This document shows, piece after piece, positions 1 through 9,875 of a stretch of 64,000 nucleotides of DNA. Position numbers and translations under genes: made by a program. Position 1 is the first letter of the stretch, and each line of letters opens with the position of its first letter. The stretch comes from an uncultured archaeon (lineage in GTDB: Archaea; Aenigmatarchaeota; Aenigmatarchaeia; PWEA01; JAGHBM01), in NCBI GenBank assembly GCA_964584335.1, contig CAZOZN010000003.1:86436-150435 (forward strand), written 5' to 3'. Under the pieces are notes generated by a model. It was given only the letters and a program-made list of their open reading frames with translations, was not told the DNA's origin and ran no database searches.

Positions 1-1990
1 GCATGAATACTTCTTTTCTTCTTGATTCTATTTTTTCAACCATTTCAAGTATTGCATTTTTTTCCTTTATTATTTTTTCTGTCTTTTTGCTGAGGTCATC
101 ATAAAGCATTTTCATGCTTTCAAAATCTTCTATTGCTTTCATGTTTACCGGTCCTATTCTTCTTAGCTTTTCAAATATCTGAGTTTTCCTTTTTTGCATT
201 GCTTCAATTTCTTCATCAATAAAATTATCAATGTCTTTAAATTCCTCGAATTCTAGCTCAAGATTTTCTATTTGTGTTTCAAGCCTGGTTTTTTTTGTTC
301 TTAGGTCGCCTATCTTGACGCTGTATTTGGTTCTTTTTTCATACAGTTCTTTTCTCTTTAACCTCAAATCCTCTGCTTCTTTACCTATTTTGTCTATTTC
401 ACCCTCGTATTCAGAGGATTTTATTTCTTTCTCTTCTTCTTCTTTTAGTTTTCTTATTTTCTCTTCTACTATCGCTTTTTCGTCTTTTAGCCTTTCGTTT
501 TCTTCTTCAAGTTCCTTTACTCTTTCTCTGTATTTAGAAACTTCGTGCCTGCTTGATTTTTTTCTGAACCCTCCTGTCATCGCACCCGATTTTTGTATTA
601 ATTCTCCCTCCAGTGTAACCATTCTGTATTTTCCCATCAATTTCCTAGCAGTTTTCATATCTTCAACTACAAGAGTTCTTCCAAAAACATATTTCATTGC
701 AGGTCCGTATAATTTGTCATAATCTATAAGATTAATTGCAAAATCTATTACACCGGGTTCTTCTTTAAGTTTTTCTCCATGGGACCTTATTTTGTTAAGA
801 GGAAGGAAAGTCGCCCGGCCCATTTTCTTGTTTTTTAGGTAATTTATACACTCTTCTGCTATACCATCCGTTTGTACTATTATATCTTTTATGTGATTTC
901 CCGCTGTTACTTCTATTGCAGTCCTGTAAACATCTTCAGTTTTGAATAACTCCGCCACACTGCCGTAAACACCGGGTCTTTTTTTAAGCAAACTGCTTAT
1001 GTGATCATCATGTGAAAGATTCTTTATCATATCTTCCATGGTCTGTATTCGAGTTCTGTTACTTTCTATTTTGTTTGTATACTTGTCAATTTCCTTGTCA
1101 AACTTGTTGTATGCATCCGTATTTTTACTTTGCTTTAAAGCCTTAGAAGTCAGTTCTCTCATTTTACTTTGTTTTTCTTCCAGATTCGTGTCATAAGAAT
1201 CAAACTTTTTTTCTATTTCGTTAAAATTAGCTAATTTTTCATTCATTTCTTTTTCTATTTCATCCAGTTTATCTTTTGTTGTTTTTAATTTTTTGTTAAT
1301 TATTGAGCCTGATATGAGTCTTTTCTCTTCCTCTAGGTTTTTGTTTTCTCTTGCAAGTTTTTGTTCTCTTTCCAGTTTTTTTAGTGCGTTCTTCTTTTCA
1401 CTTAAACGTATTTCAGCCTCTTTTAATTTTGAATCAACTTTTGACAGTTCGTTTTCTGCTTTTGTTTTTTTGTCTTCGAACTCAGCTATTCCTGATATCT
1501 CGTCTATTATTCCTCTTCTTTGTAGTGGAGTCATGTCTATTAGGTTTGTAACATCTCCCTGCATTATTATGTTATGACCGTCTGCATGTATGCTTGCTCC
1601 ACTTAATACATCTATTATTTTTCTTCTGTTTACAGTAACACCATTTAGTTTGTAGTTACTGACCCCGTTTTTGTTGACCTTTCTTGTTATTTTTATAAGG
1701 TCTTCCTCACCCTTTATTTCTTTATCCTCGTTGTTAAGGTATAAGTTAACAACACCATAACTTGAACCTTGTCTTTTTTTGCCGCCGTTGAATATAAGCT
1801 GTTCAAGTTTTTTTGCTCTTATTGTTTTTGCTGACCTTATGCCAAGAACGAAACAAAGCGAGTCTACTATATTTGATTTTCCTGAGCCGTTCGCACCGCA
1901 TATAACATTGAATCCCGAGGGAAAGGGCAATGCAGTTTTGTTTGCAAAGGATTTGAATCCTTTCATTGAAAGCTTTTCTATTCTTACCAT
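1..1990 (-). CDS. smc: SMC-family chromosome segregation ATPase, N-terminal part; gene continues beyond window start
   Basis: Minus-strand translation from ATG at 1988-1990 reads MVRIEKLSMKGFKSFANKTALPFPSGFNVICGANGSGKSNIVDSLCFVLG (Walker A GANGSGKSN, SMC head), then a long K/E-rich coiled coil. The + strand ORFs listed at 231-2003 are low-complexity antisense artefacts. Confidence 0.7.
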   Translation of the reverse strand, partial: MVRIEKLSMKGFKSFANKTALPFPSGFNVICGANGSGKSNIVDSLCFVLGIRSAKTIRAKKLEQLIFNGGKKRQGSSYGVVNLYLNNEDKEIKGEEDLIKITRKVNKNGVSNYKLNGVTVNRRKIIDVLSGASIHADGHNIIMQGDVTNLIDMTPLQRRGIIDEISGIAEFEDKKTKAENELSKVDSKLKEAEIRLSEKKNALKKLEREQKLARENKNLEEEKRLISGSIINKKLKTTKDKLDEIEKEMNEKLANFNEIEKKFDSYDTNLEEKQSKMRELTSKALKQSKNTDAYNKFDKEIDKYTNKIESNRTRIQTMEDMIKNLSHDDHISSLLKKRPGVYGSVAELFKTEDVYRTAIEVTAGNHIKDIIVQTDGIAEECINYLKNKKMGRATFLPLNKIRSHGEKLKEEPGVIDFAINLIDYDKLYGPAMKYVFGRTLVVEDMKTARKLMGKYRMVTLEGELIQKSGAMTGGFRKKSSRHEVSKYRERVKELEEENERLKDEKAIVEEKIRKLKEEEEKEIKSSEYEGEIDKIGKEAEDLRLKRKELYEKRTKYSVKIGDLRTKKTRLETQIENLELEFEEFKDIDNFIDEEIEAMQKRKTQIFEKLRRIGPVNMKAIEDFESMKMLYDDLSKKTEKIIKEKNAILEMVEKIESRRKEVFM

Positions 1991-2028
1991 TGGAAAACCT
2001 TAATTGGGGGTTTTTTGATTAAAAATCT

Positions 2029-2634
2029 TTAACATTTCTCTAGGCTGTCTATTATTTTGTTTCTTATTTTTTCTTTCATTTTTTTTGCATTTGGTAAGTC
2101 GGGGGTGTGTTTTTTTCCATATGAGTTGTAATGAGTGAACTGTGAGATGTCGTCTCTAAATGGTGCTGAAGGTTCTTCCCTCGGATAACCTACTGTAATT
2201 AGCGCCACAGGCTTTATGTTTTCTATACAGTTTGCTATTTCTTTTACATCATTCTCCTCAAAAGCACTAACACAACAGGAACCAAGTCCCAGTGAATGTG
2301 ATGCCAGCATCATGTTTTGAATTGCCATTCCTATTGTTTCAAGTGAATACATTTCTCCTCTTTCTCCAAAAGTTCCCTTGGCTATTTTTTCATTTATGCA
2401 GACTACAAATATCAAAGGAGCAGTTGTTATCCACATCTGGTCTAATGAGGCCTTTGCCAATTTTTTTATTTTTTCTGAATCGTCTACTACTATTATCTCC
2501 CAAGGCTGTCTGTTTCCTGCTGATGGCGACCATCTACATGCTTCAAGAATAAAGCCTATCTTATCATTTTCAACTTTTAAGTCTTCGTAATTTCTTATGC
2601 TTCTTCTGTTTTGTATTGCCTCAAATAAGTCCAT
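2029..2634 (-). CDS. nitroreductase-family flavoprotein
   Basis: N-terminus AIQNRRSIRNY and the ACRWSPSAGNRQPW motif are typical of the NfnB/NADH oxidase nitroreductase fold; 201 aa. Confidence 0.7.
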   Translation of the reverse strand: MDLFEAIQNRRSIRNYEDLKVENDKIGFILEACRWSPSAGNRQPWEIIVVDDSEKIKKLAKASLDQMWITTAPLIFVVCINEKIAKGTFGERGEMYSLETIGMAIQNMMLASHSLGLGSCCVSAFEENDVKEIANCIENIKPVALITVGYPREEPSAPFRDDISQFTHYNSYGKKHTPDLPNAKKMKEKIRNKIIDSLEKC

Positions 2635-2741
2635 AAAATCTCCAATATAAACATTATGTTAATGTAAATTATAAATGTTTTATAATATTTTATAATGATT
2701 TTTGTAAGGTTTAAATAGTTTTTGTTACCAATTAGTGATTT

Positions 2742-3029
2742 ATGAAGTATAAAAAAGTAGATAACACGTGGGGGATGCCATGCCCAGAATCTGTTTATGA
2801 AGAAGTTTCATCTACTTACGGTGAGCTTCTTAGGGATGGTGGTTTTAGAGCATGGGAAGACGTTGACGTAAAAAGGCTTTCTTATCTTTTCATTGTTAAA
2901 GATTCTATAAGAAGGCTCGATAAAAAGGATGATGAGTGTTATAAAGCTCTTAATGAAATAGTTCCTTACATAGATAGTATATATGGGGATGTTTCTCACG
3001 AACTTGATGGTGTTGAAATAGATTTTTAA
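2742..3029 (+). CDS. hypothetical small protein
   Basis: 95-codon ORF in an intergenic position; no recognisable motif. Confidence 0.25.
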   Translation: MKYKKVDNTWGMPCPESVYEEVSSTYGELLRDGGFRAWEDVDVKRLSYLFIVKDSIRRLDKKDDECYKALNEIVPYIDSIYGDVSHELDGVEIDF

Positions 3030-3061
3030 ATTATTATATTTCTTTACCTCTTAATATTTTT

Positions 3062-4762
3062 ATGAGATATTCAGAACTTGCGAATGTTTATGAGACTCTT
3101 CAGAACACGCAATCAAAACTTGAGAAGGCCGATATACTTGCTGACCTTTTTTTAAAGGCAAACCCTTCTGAACTCTCTAAACTTGCTTATTTGGCTTCAG
3201 GGAGAGTTTTTTCATCTTATTCAAAGGAGGTCATAGGTATAGGTGCCCAGTTGATGATAAAAGCAATATCCAGGGCAACCGGGTTTTCAACGAAAGAGGT
3301 CGAGGATAAGTTTAGAGAAAAGGGGGATTTGGGGTTGGCTGCTTCTTTTTTTGTAGAATCAAGAAGACAAAGAACCTTAATGAGAAGGAAACTGACTGTT
3401 GATAAGGTTTTTAAAAACATAAGAGAACTCCCAAAAATAACAGGTTCTCGCTCCCAAGAAAAAAAAATGAACAATATATCAGAACTTTTTGCTTCCGCGG
3501 AACCCAAGGAGGCAATTTATATAACGCGTACTATACTCGAGGAGCTTCGTGTTGGTGTTGCTAGGGGGATGATAAGGGATGCTATAACTAAGGCTTTTCT
3601 CCACCCTAATAACATGGAAGAAAAAAAGGAATATACAAAAAAAGTTGATTATGCATATAACATACTATCGGACTTTAGCGAGGTTGCGAGGATAGCAAAG
3701 GAAGAAGGCATTGAGGGTCTTGAGAATGCTAGAGTTAAACTCGGTCAGCCCATGCATTTAATGCTTGGTGAGAAAGCCGAGTCTATAGAAGAGGTCATTG
3801 ACAAGTTTGGTAAAGTAGTTGTTGAATACAAATATGACGGCATGCGAGCCCAGATACACAAAAAAGGCAATAAAATATGGATTTTTACAAGAAGACTTGA
3901 TGACGTAACCAAACAATTTCCGGACCTGGCGGAGATGTGCAGGAATTGTCTTGTTCACGATGAATGTGTTGTTGAGGGAGAAGTTCTTGCAGTGGACCCC
4001 GAGACCGGTTATCCTAGGCCTTTTCAGAAACTTTCGCAGAGAATACAAAGGAAGTACAATATAAAGGAAATGTCTGAGAAGATACCCGTTGAAATAGACC
4101 TTTTCGATATTATGTATGTTGACGGTAAAATGCTATTCGGAGAGAGTTTTATAGAGAGAAGAAAAGTACTTGAAAATTCTGTTAAAGTAAAAAAAGGTAA
4201 GTTCCAGCTGGCAAATCAGATGGTTACTGACAGTCCCAAGGATGCCGAAAAATTTTACAAAGAAGCCCTTGAAGCCAGACAGGAAGGCATATTTATGAAA
4301 GTTCCTGATTCAAAGTATGTTTTCGGAAGACATGTCAATGGTTGGTACAAGATAAAACCTGTCATGGAGACTCTCGACCTTGTTATAGTTGCTGCCACTT
4401 GGGGTGAAGGGAGAAGGTCTAAGTGGATAAGTTCTTATGTTCTTGCATGCCGTGAAGAAGAAACTGGAAAATTCCTTCCTTGTGGAATGATGGGAACAGG
4501 GCTTACTGAGGAGATGTTTCAGAATATGACTGATAGATTGAAGCCTCTAATAAAGGAGGAAAAAGGGAAGGAAATTGAGGTCAGGGCTCAGATAGTTGTA
4601 GAGGCTGCTTATCAGGAGATACAAAAATCACCCACTTATGAAGCAGGGTATGCTCTTCGTTTCCCAAGACTGATAAAGATTAGAGAAGACAAGGGACCCG
4701 ATGAAGCTGATACAATAGAAAGGCTTATAAATCTTTACAAAAGCCAGGGAAGAAAAGGATAA
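3062..4762 (+). CDS. lig: ATP-dependent DNA ligase (archaeal/eukaryotic type)
   Basis: Adenylation motif EYKYDGMRAQIHK (KxDG); 566 aa; N-terminal DNA-binding domain and C-terminal OB domain layout. Confidence 0.9.
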   Translation: MRYSELANVYETLQNTQSKLEKADILADLFLKANPSELSKLAYLASGRVFSSYSKEVIGIGAQLMIKAISRATGFSTKEVEDKFREKGDLGLAASFFVESRRQRTLMRRKLTVDKVFKNIRELPKITGSRSQEKKMNNISELFASAEPKEAIYITRTILEELRVGVARGMIRDAITKAFLHPNNMEEKKEYTKKVDYAYNILSDFSEVARIAKEEGIEGLENARVKLGQPMHLMLGEKAESIEEVIDKFGKVVVEYKYDGMRAQIHKKGNKIWIFTRRLDDVTKQFPDLAEMCRNCLVHDECVVEGEVLAVDPETGYPRPFQKLSQRIQRKYNIKEMSEKIPVEIDLFDIMYVDGKMLFGESFIERRKVLENSVKVKKGKFQLANQMVTDSPKDAEKFYKEALEARQEGIFMKVPDSKYVFGRHVNGWYKIKPVMETLDLVIVAATWGEGRRSKWISSYVLACREEETGKFLPCGMMGTGLTEEMFQNMTDRLKPLIKEEKGKEIEVRAQIVVEAAYQEIQKSPTYEAGYALRFPRLIKIREDKGPDEADTIERLINLYKSQGRKG

Positions 4763-4868
4763 ATGGAAGGTTTAAATACTTAAGAGTGCTTATTTAACTA
4801 CATTTAGCACTTATAAGTGACACAAAACTATATAAATATAAAACATAAAATAATTTTAGGTAGATAGA

Positions 4869-5687
4869 ATGGTAGAATCAGTGGTAAGTCAGGATGTATT
4901 GGATACCCTAAAATCTTTGGGATTGAATTCATACGAGAGGAAACTTTATGTGACCTTGCTTTCAAAAGGAACTTCTAACGCAGGAACTTTGTCAGAGTTA
5001 TCTGGGGTACCGAGGTCTAGAACATATGACGTTCTTGAGAGCCTCGCAGATAAGGGCTTTGTTGTTATTCAGTCTAGCAAGCCTTTAAAGTATGTTGCAG
5101 TGGACCCAGAAGAAGCAATGGAAAGACTAAAATCGAAACACAGAAAAAACTACGATACAATGATAAAAAGAATCGAGAAAGTAAAGAAAGGAAAGACATT
5201 AAGCGAACTGCAAAAATTGTTTAAGAACGGGGTAAAGACAGTTGACCCAACTGAATTTACAGGTGCTTTAAAGGGCAGAAATTCAATGAATCAGCAGCTA
5301 CAAACTCTTATAAGAAAATCTAAAGAGAGCATATATTTGATGACTTCTCTTGAAGGGCTTCAGGAACTAAACGAAAATCATAATAATCTTTTGGAGGATG
5401 CAGCAGGAAGGGGGGTTAAGATAAAAATAGCCGCTCCTTTGAATGATTCGACAATAAATGCTTTAAAGAGCTTAAGGAGTTTTGCTGAATTGAGAGATAT
5501 AAAAGGAACAAACATATCTGGAAGATTCGCGATAGTGGACGGCAAGGAGTTAATATTTGCTCTAACTAAAGACAGTGAAACTCACCCAACCCAAGACTTG
5601 CATCTTTGGTCACAGAGCGACCATGCTGCAGGAGAAGTTTTAGAGCCTTTATTTAAGATGGTTTGGGACAGGTCCAATAAAATTTAA
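4869..5687 (+). CDS. TrmB-family HTH transcriptional regulator
   Basis: N-terminus LGLNSYERKLYVTLLSKGTSNAGTLSELSGVPRSRTYDVLESLADKGFV matches the TrmB winged-helix signature. Confidence 0.6.
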   Translation: MVESVVSQDVLDTLKSLGLNSYERKLYVTLLSKGTSNAGTLSELSGVPRSRTYDVLESLADKGFVVIQSSKPLKYVAVDPEEAMERLKSKHRKNYDTMIKRIEKVKKGKTLSELQKLFKNGVKTVDPTEFTGALKGRNSMNQQLQTLIRKSKESIYLMTSLEGLQELNENHNNLLEDAAGRGVKIKIAAPLNDSTINALKSLRSFAELRDIKGTNISGRFAIVDGKELIFALTKDSETHPTQDLHLWSQSDHAAGEVLEPLFKMVWDRSNKI

Positions 5688-5718
5688 AGTTTGATTTAAG
5701 CCTATTTTTTAGGCATTT

Positions 5719-6915
5719 TTATTTAATTTTGTGCTTTTTTATTAATTTTCCTAATCTTTCTATACCTTTTTCTATTTTATCTTCATCAGCATTGCTAAAG
5801 TTAAGTCTCATTGAATCATGACCAGAGCCGTCAACACAAAATGCAGCACCATGTATATAGGCAACTTTGTTCTTTATTGCTTCAGAAAATAATTTTTCAG
5901 TATCTATTTTTTTTGGTATTTTAACCCATAGAAACATACCACCGTCAGGTTTTTCACATCTACAACCTTCGGGAAAGTGTTTTTTTAATGAATACAACAT
6001 TATATCTCTTTTTTTCTTGTAATTTTTTCTTATTTTTTTAATTTGTTTGTCCATAAAACCCGAGGAAATGTACTCGTTTGACAAGTATTGAGAAAAGATG
6101 TTGGTACAGAGATCAGTGCCTTGTTTTATTATGTTTATTTTTCTTGCAAGTTCTTCTTCTGCAATCATCCATCCCATTCTAAATCCGGGCGCGAAGGTTT
6201 TTGAAAGTGTGCTCATGTATATAACAAGTCCGCTCTTATCCAGACTTTTTATGCTTGGTATTTGTTTACCGGAGAATCTCAATTCCACGTATGGGTCGTC
6301 CTCTATTATAGGTATGTCATACTTTTCGGATATTTCGATTAGATGTTTTCTTCTTTCATATGTCATGGTGACTCCTGCCGGATTATGAAAGTTTGGTATC
6401 GAGTATATCATCTTTACTTTGTTCCTTTCTTCTTTTTTCATTTTCTTTAACTTTTTTTCAAGTTCTTCCGTTTTCATTCCAAAGGAATCAATACCGACAG
6501 TCAAGAATTTCGACTGGTAAATCCTAAAGCTGCATATACCTCCCAGGTAAGTGGGTACTTCAAGGGCTACAAAATCTCCCGGATTTATGAATGTTTTTGT
6601 TACGAGGTCTATTGCCTCTTGGGTACCGTTTGTTATTAAAATATTTTTTTTATTGCATTTTATGCCGAATTTTTTCATTCTTTTAGACAGTGTTTCTCTT
6701 AATTCTACTATACCTTCTGTTATCCCGTATTGTAAGGGGCACGTACCGTATTTTTTTAGTATTTTTTTGCATAGCTTGTCTATTTTTTTTACCGGGAAAG
6801 AATCAGGACTTGGCAGACCACCACCGAAAGATATAATATCTTTCTTGTTGGCCAACTTTAAAAGTTCTCTTATTTCAGAAGCCTTTATCTCATTGGTTCT
6901 TTCAGCAAACCTCAT
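5719..6915 (-). CDS. PLP-dependent aminotransferase, class I/II
   Basis: PLP-lysine motif LSKTFAPGFRMGWM; N-terminal IISFGGGLPSP; 398 aa. Confidence 0.8.
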   Translation of the reverse strand: MRFAERTNEIKASEIRELLKLANKKDIISFGGGLPSPDSFPVKKIDKLCKKILKKYGTCPLQYGITEGIVELRETLSKRMKKFGIKCNKKNILITNGTQEAIDLVTKTFINPGDFVALEVPTYLGGICSFRIYQSKFLTVGIDSFGMKTEELEKKLKKMKKEERNKVKMIYSIPNFHNPAGVTMTYERRKHLIEISEKYDIPIIEDDPYVELRFSGKQIPSIKSLDKSGLVIYMSTLSKTFAPGFRMGWMIAEEELARKINIIKQGTDLCTNIFSQYLSNEYISSGFMDKQIKKIRKNYKKKRDIMLYSLKKHFPEGCRCEKPDGGMFLWVKIPKKIDTEKLFSEAIKNKVAYIHGAAFCVDGSGHDSMRLNFSNADEDKIEKGIERLGKLIKKHKIK

Positions 6916-6919
6916 TAAA

Positions 6920-7510
6920 TCACTTTTTTTCCCTGGCTATTTTCATACCTTTAGGAAGACTTAGTTCTATCTTCAAACCATCAGAGTCATTTTCTTGTAT
7001 TTTATTTTTTTTGTTTTCGCCAAATTCATTTTCAATTTCTCTTTCTACCTTTCCTATTTTTAGTATAAAGAAAGATATTATTGTCGTTATAAATGAAAGT
7101 ACGTAGTTTCCCATACCAACCATGAGACCTATAGCCGCCACAATCCATAAGCTGGCGGCGGTTGTTATTCCATGAACTTTTCCTTTTGTTGCTATTATGC
7201 TACCTCCTCCTATGAAACCTATGCCTGTTACTATTCCTGCTGCTATTCTTGAGTAGTCTGCATTTTGTACTGCTGTGTCCGGAGGTATCATATAGAAAGA
7301 TGCTATCGCAAAGAGGCATGCACCCATACAAACCAGGGCGTGAGTTCTTAATCCTGCAGGTTTTCTTGTTATTTCTCTTTCTAGTCCCACAAGTGCACCG
7401 AAACCAACCGATGCAAGAAGTCTTAGTACCAGTTCTATTGTCATAGAATCAAGGCCTATATTTACCATAATATTAATAGTCCAACTCAATTTAAAAAGAT
7501 TAGAAATCAA
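6920..7510 (-). CDS. MgtC/SapB-family membrane protein
   Basis: LRLLASVGFGALVGLEREITRKPAGLRTHALVCMGACLFA is the conserved MgtC N-terminal membrane domain. Confidence 0.65.
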   Translation of the reverse strand: MISNLFKLSWTINIMVNIGLDSMTIELVLRLLASVGFGALVGLEREITRKPAGLRTHALVCMGACLFAIASFYMIPPDTAVQNADYSRIAAGIVTGIGFIGGGSIIATKGKVHGITTAASLWIVAAIGLMVGMGNYVLSFITTIISFFILKIGKVEREIENEFGENKKNKIQENDSDGLKIELSLPKGMKIAREKK

Positions 7511-7696
7511 AGAAATTTACCACTTTTCAATTATTATATTTTGCTGTATACATTTCTTTATAAGTAACTTTTTTTAATTCTTTTATACAACTACAGTACC
7601 GCATTCAGTGATTTACATGACAGAAATTCTATATTCGTTTGGTAATATTCGGTAGGTTTCGTTATATTCTCGAATGCGCCTGTTGTATAAAGAGAT

Positions 7697-9727
7697 GTGT
7701 TATTAATGTTTGTTGGTATCAAAAAACGTGACGGCAGGATAGTAAAATTTAATTCTAAAAAAATAACAGATGCTATTGCAAAGGCCGGCGAAGCTACCGG
7801 AGAATTTGACAGAGAAGTCGCAGAAAAGCTTACAATGAAAGTGATGTCTCTTGTACAGCAAGTTTTTGATAATGAGATGCCCACGGTAGAGAAAATACAG
7901 GATTTGGTTGAAGAGGTTTTGCTTTCTTCCACATACAGAAAGACCGCAAAATCATATATAATTTACAGGGAACAGCATGCCAGAATGAGAGAGATAACCA
8001 ACAAGGCTCATGTTGAACTGATAGACCAGTATCTTAAAAAAATGGACTGGCAGGTAAACGAGAACAGTAACATGACTTTTTCTCTTCAGGGTCTTAACAA
8101 TTATATTTCTTCTGAGATAAGCAAAATTTATTGGCTTAATGAGATATATCCTGCTGAAATAAAGAATGCAGCACAACAGGAGGATTTTCATATACATGAC
8201 CTTAATCTGCTCTCAGTTTATTGTGTTGGATGGGATCTTTATGATTTGCTTGCCGAGGGATTTAGGGGAGTTAGTGGTAAAGTAGAAAGCAGCCCCGCTA
8301 AGCATTTTAGGAGTGCTTTGGGTCAGGTAGTAAACTTTTTTTACACTTTACAGGGCGAGGCAGCGGGTGCACAGGCATTTTCGAATTTTGATACACTTCT
8401 CGCACCTTTTATTAGATATGACGGTCTTGAGTATAAGCAAGTAAAGCAGGCTCTTCAGGAGTTTATATTTAACATAAACGTGCCTACCAGGGTAGGCTTT
8501 CAAACCCCATTTACTAACATAACACTGGACCTAAAACCTCCTAGCTATTATGCGGACCAAAGCGTCATAATAGGAGGCAAGCCAAAGGACAAAAATTATA
8601 GCGATTTTCAGGAAGAAATGAATATGCTAAACATGGCTTTGTTTGAAGTTATGAGCGAGGGTGACGCAAAGGGCAGGGTTTTTACTTTCCCCATACCCAC
8701 ATACAATATAACAAAAGATTTTAACTGGGATGATGAAAAGCTTGATGGTTTGTGGGAAATGTCGGCAAAGTACGGTATACCGTATTTTTCAAATTTTGTT
8801 AATTCGGACATGAGTCCTGAAGATGCCAGAAGCATGTGCTGCAGACTTCGTCTTGACAAGAGAGAACTTGAGAAGAGAGGAGGCGGACTCTTCGGCTCTA
8901 ATCCTCTGACAGGTTCTATAGGAGTTGTTACTATAAACATGCCCAGAATAGGGTATTTGTCTAAAAACGAGAAAGAATTTTTTGAAAGGCTTGAGAATCT
9001 AATGAAATTGGCTAAGAACAGCCTTGAGATAAAAAGAAAGGTTCTAGAGAACTTCACAGAAAAAAACCTTTATCCCTATTCAAGATTTTATCTCAGGAAC
9101 GTAAAGAAAAAATTTGGAGAATATTGGAAAAATCATTTCTCTACTATAGGTCTTGTTGGTGTTAACGAGGCTTGCCTAAATCTTTTAGGTGTTGGAATAT
9201 CTAAAGACAAGGGCAGGGATTTTGCATCTAGAGTTCTTGAGTTTATGAGGGAAGTTTTGGTAAAATTCCAGGAGGAAACTGGTAACAATTACAATCTAGA
9301 AGCTACTCCAGCAGAAGGTACTTCTTACAGGTTAGCAAGGGTTGACAAAGAGAAGTACCCCGATATAATATGTGCTAACGAAGAAGAATACAAAAAGGGC
9401 GGTGAACCATTTTATACGAACTCTACACAGTTACCTGTTAACTACACTGAAGACATATTTGAGGCACTCGATTTACAAGACAGTTTGCAGTCAAAATACA
9501 CCGGAGGCACAGTTCTTCATATATTTCTTGGTGAGAGAATAGACGAATCTAAAAATCTTAAGAACATGGTAAGAAAAATATGCGATAATTACCATCTACC
9601 GTATTTTACCTTCACACCAACTTTCAGCATATGTCCCATTCATGGTTATATAAAGGGAGAACATAAGTACTGTCCCAAATGTGACAAGGAAATTGGATAC
9701 GAAGTTGAAGAGATTAAAAATATTTAG
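7697..9727 (+). CDS. nrdD: anaerobic ribonucleoside-triphosphate reductase NrdD, body with ATP-cone, catalytic barrel and zinc ribbon; lacks the glycyl-radical domain in this frame
   Basis: N-terminal ATP-cone GIKKRDGRIVKFNSKKITDAIAKAG; C-terminal zinc ribbon CPIHGYIKGEHKYCPKC; ORF ends with TAG at 9725-9727. The track's GTG start at 7697 may instead be the ATG at 7706. Confidence 0.85.
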   Translation: MLLMFVGIKKRDGRIVKFNSKKITDAIAKAGEATGEFDREVAEKLTMKVMSLVQQVFDNEMPTVEKIQDLVEEVLLSSTYRKTAKSYIIYREQHARMREITNKAHVELIDQYLKKMDWQVNENSNMTFSLQGLNNYISSEISKIYWLNEIYPAEIKNAAQQEDFHIHDLNLLSVYCVGWDLYDLLAEGFRGVSGKVESSPAKHFRSALGQVVNFFYTLQGEAAGAQAFSNFDTLLAPFIRYDGLEYKQVKQALQEFIFNINVPTRVGFQTPFTNITLDLKPPSYYADQSVIIGGKPKDKNYSDFQEEMNMLNMALFEVMSEGDAKGRVFTFPIPTYNITKDFNWDDEKLDGLWEMSAKYGIPYFSNFVNSDMSPEDARSMCCRLRLDKRELEKRGGGLFGSNPLTGSIGVVTINMPRIGYLSKNEKEFFERLENLMKLAKNSLEIKRKVLENFTEKNLYPYSRFYLRNVKKKFGEYWKNHFSTIGLVGVNEACLNLLGVGISKDKGRDFASRVLEFMREVLVKFQEETGNNYNLEATPAEGTSYRLARVDKEKYPDIICANEEEYKKGGEPFYTNSTQLPVNYTEDIFEALDLQDSLQSKYTGGTVLHIFLGERIDESKNLKNMVRKICDNYHLPYFTFTPTFSICPIHGYIKGEHKYCPKCDKEIGYEVEEIKNI

Positions 9728-9737
9728 AGGTGAAAAA

Positions 9738-9875
9738 ATGAAAGAAGGAATAAAAAGAGGCAGGACAGAATGTGAAATATACTCGCGTTCTGTGGGATAC
9801 CTTCGTCCGGTGAACCAGTGGAACAAAGGAAAGAGAGAGGAGTTTAAAGAAAGAAAAAATTTCAGGGCGAGTTAA
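9738..9875 (+). CDS. 45-codon mini-ORF encoding the NrdD glycyl-radical motif (separate frame from nrdD body)
   Basis: Translation MKEGIKRGRTECEIYSRSVGYLRPVNQWNKGKREEFKERKNFRAS contains the class III RNR glycyl-radical signature (R-S/V-x-GY ... WNxGKxxE). Strong RBS GAGGTGA at 9727-9733 overlaps the nrdD TAG; ATG at 9738; stop overlaps the nrdG ATG (TAATG at 9873-9877). Confidence 0.5.
   Translation: MKEGIKRGRTECEIYSRSVGYLRPVNQWNKGKREEFKERKNFRAS

Noticed and set aside
231-2003. Plus-strand ORFs 231-722, 1293-1577, 1351-1551 and 1779-2003 (S/F/L-rich products).
   Set aside because: They are antisense to the SMC coiled-coil gene. Low-complexity translations of the K/E-rich sense strand are not genes.
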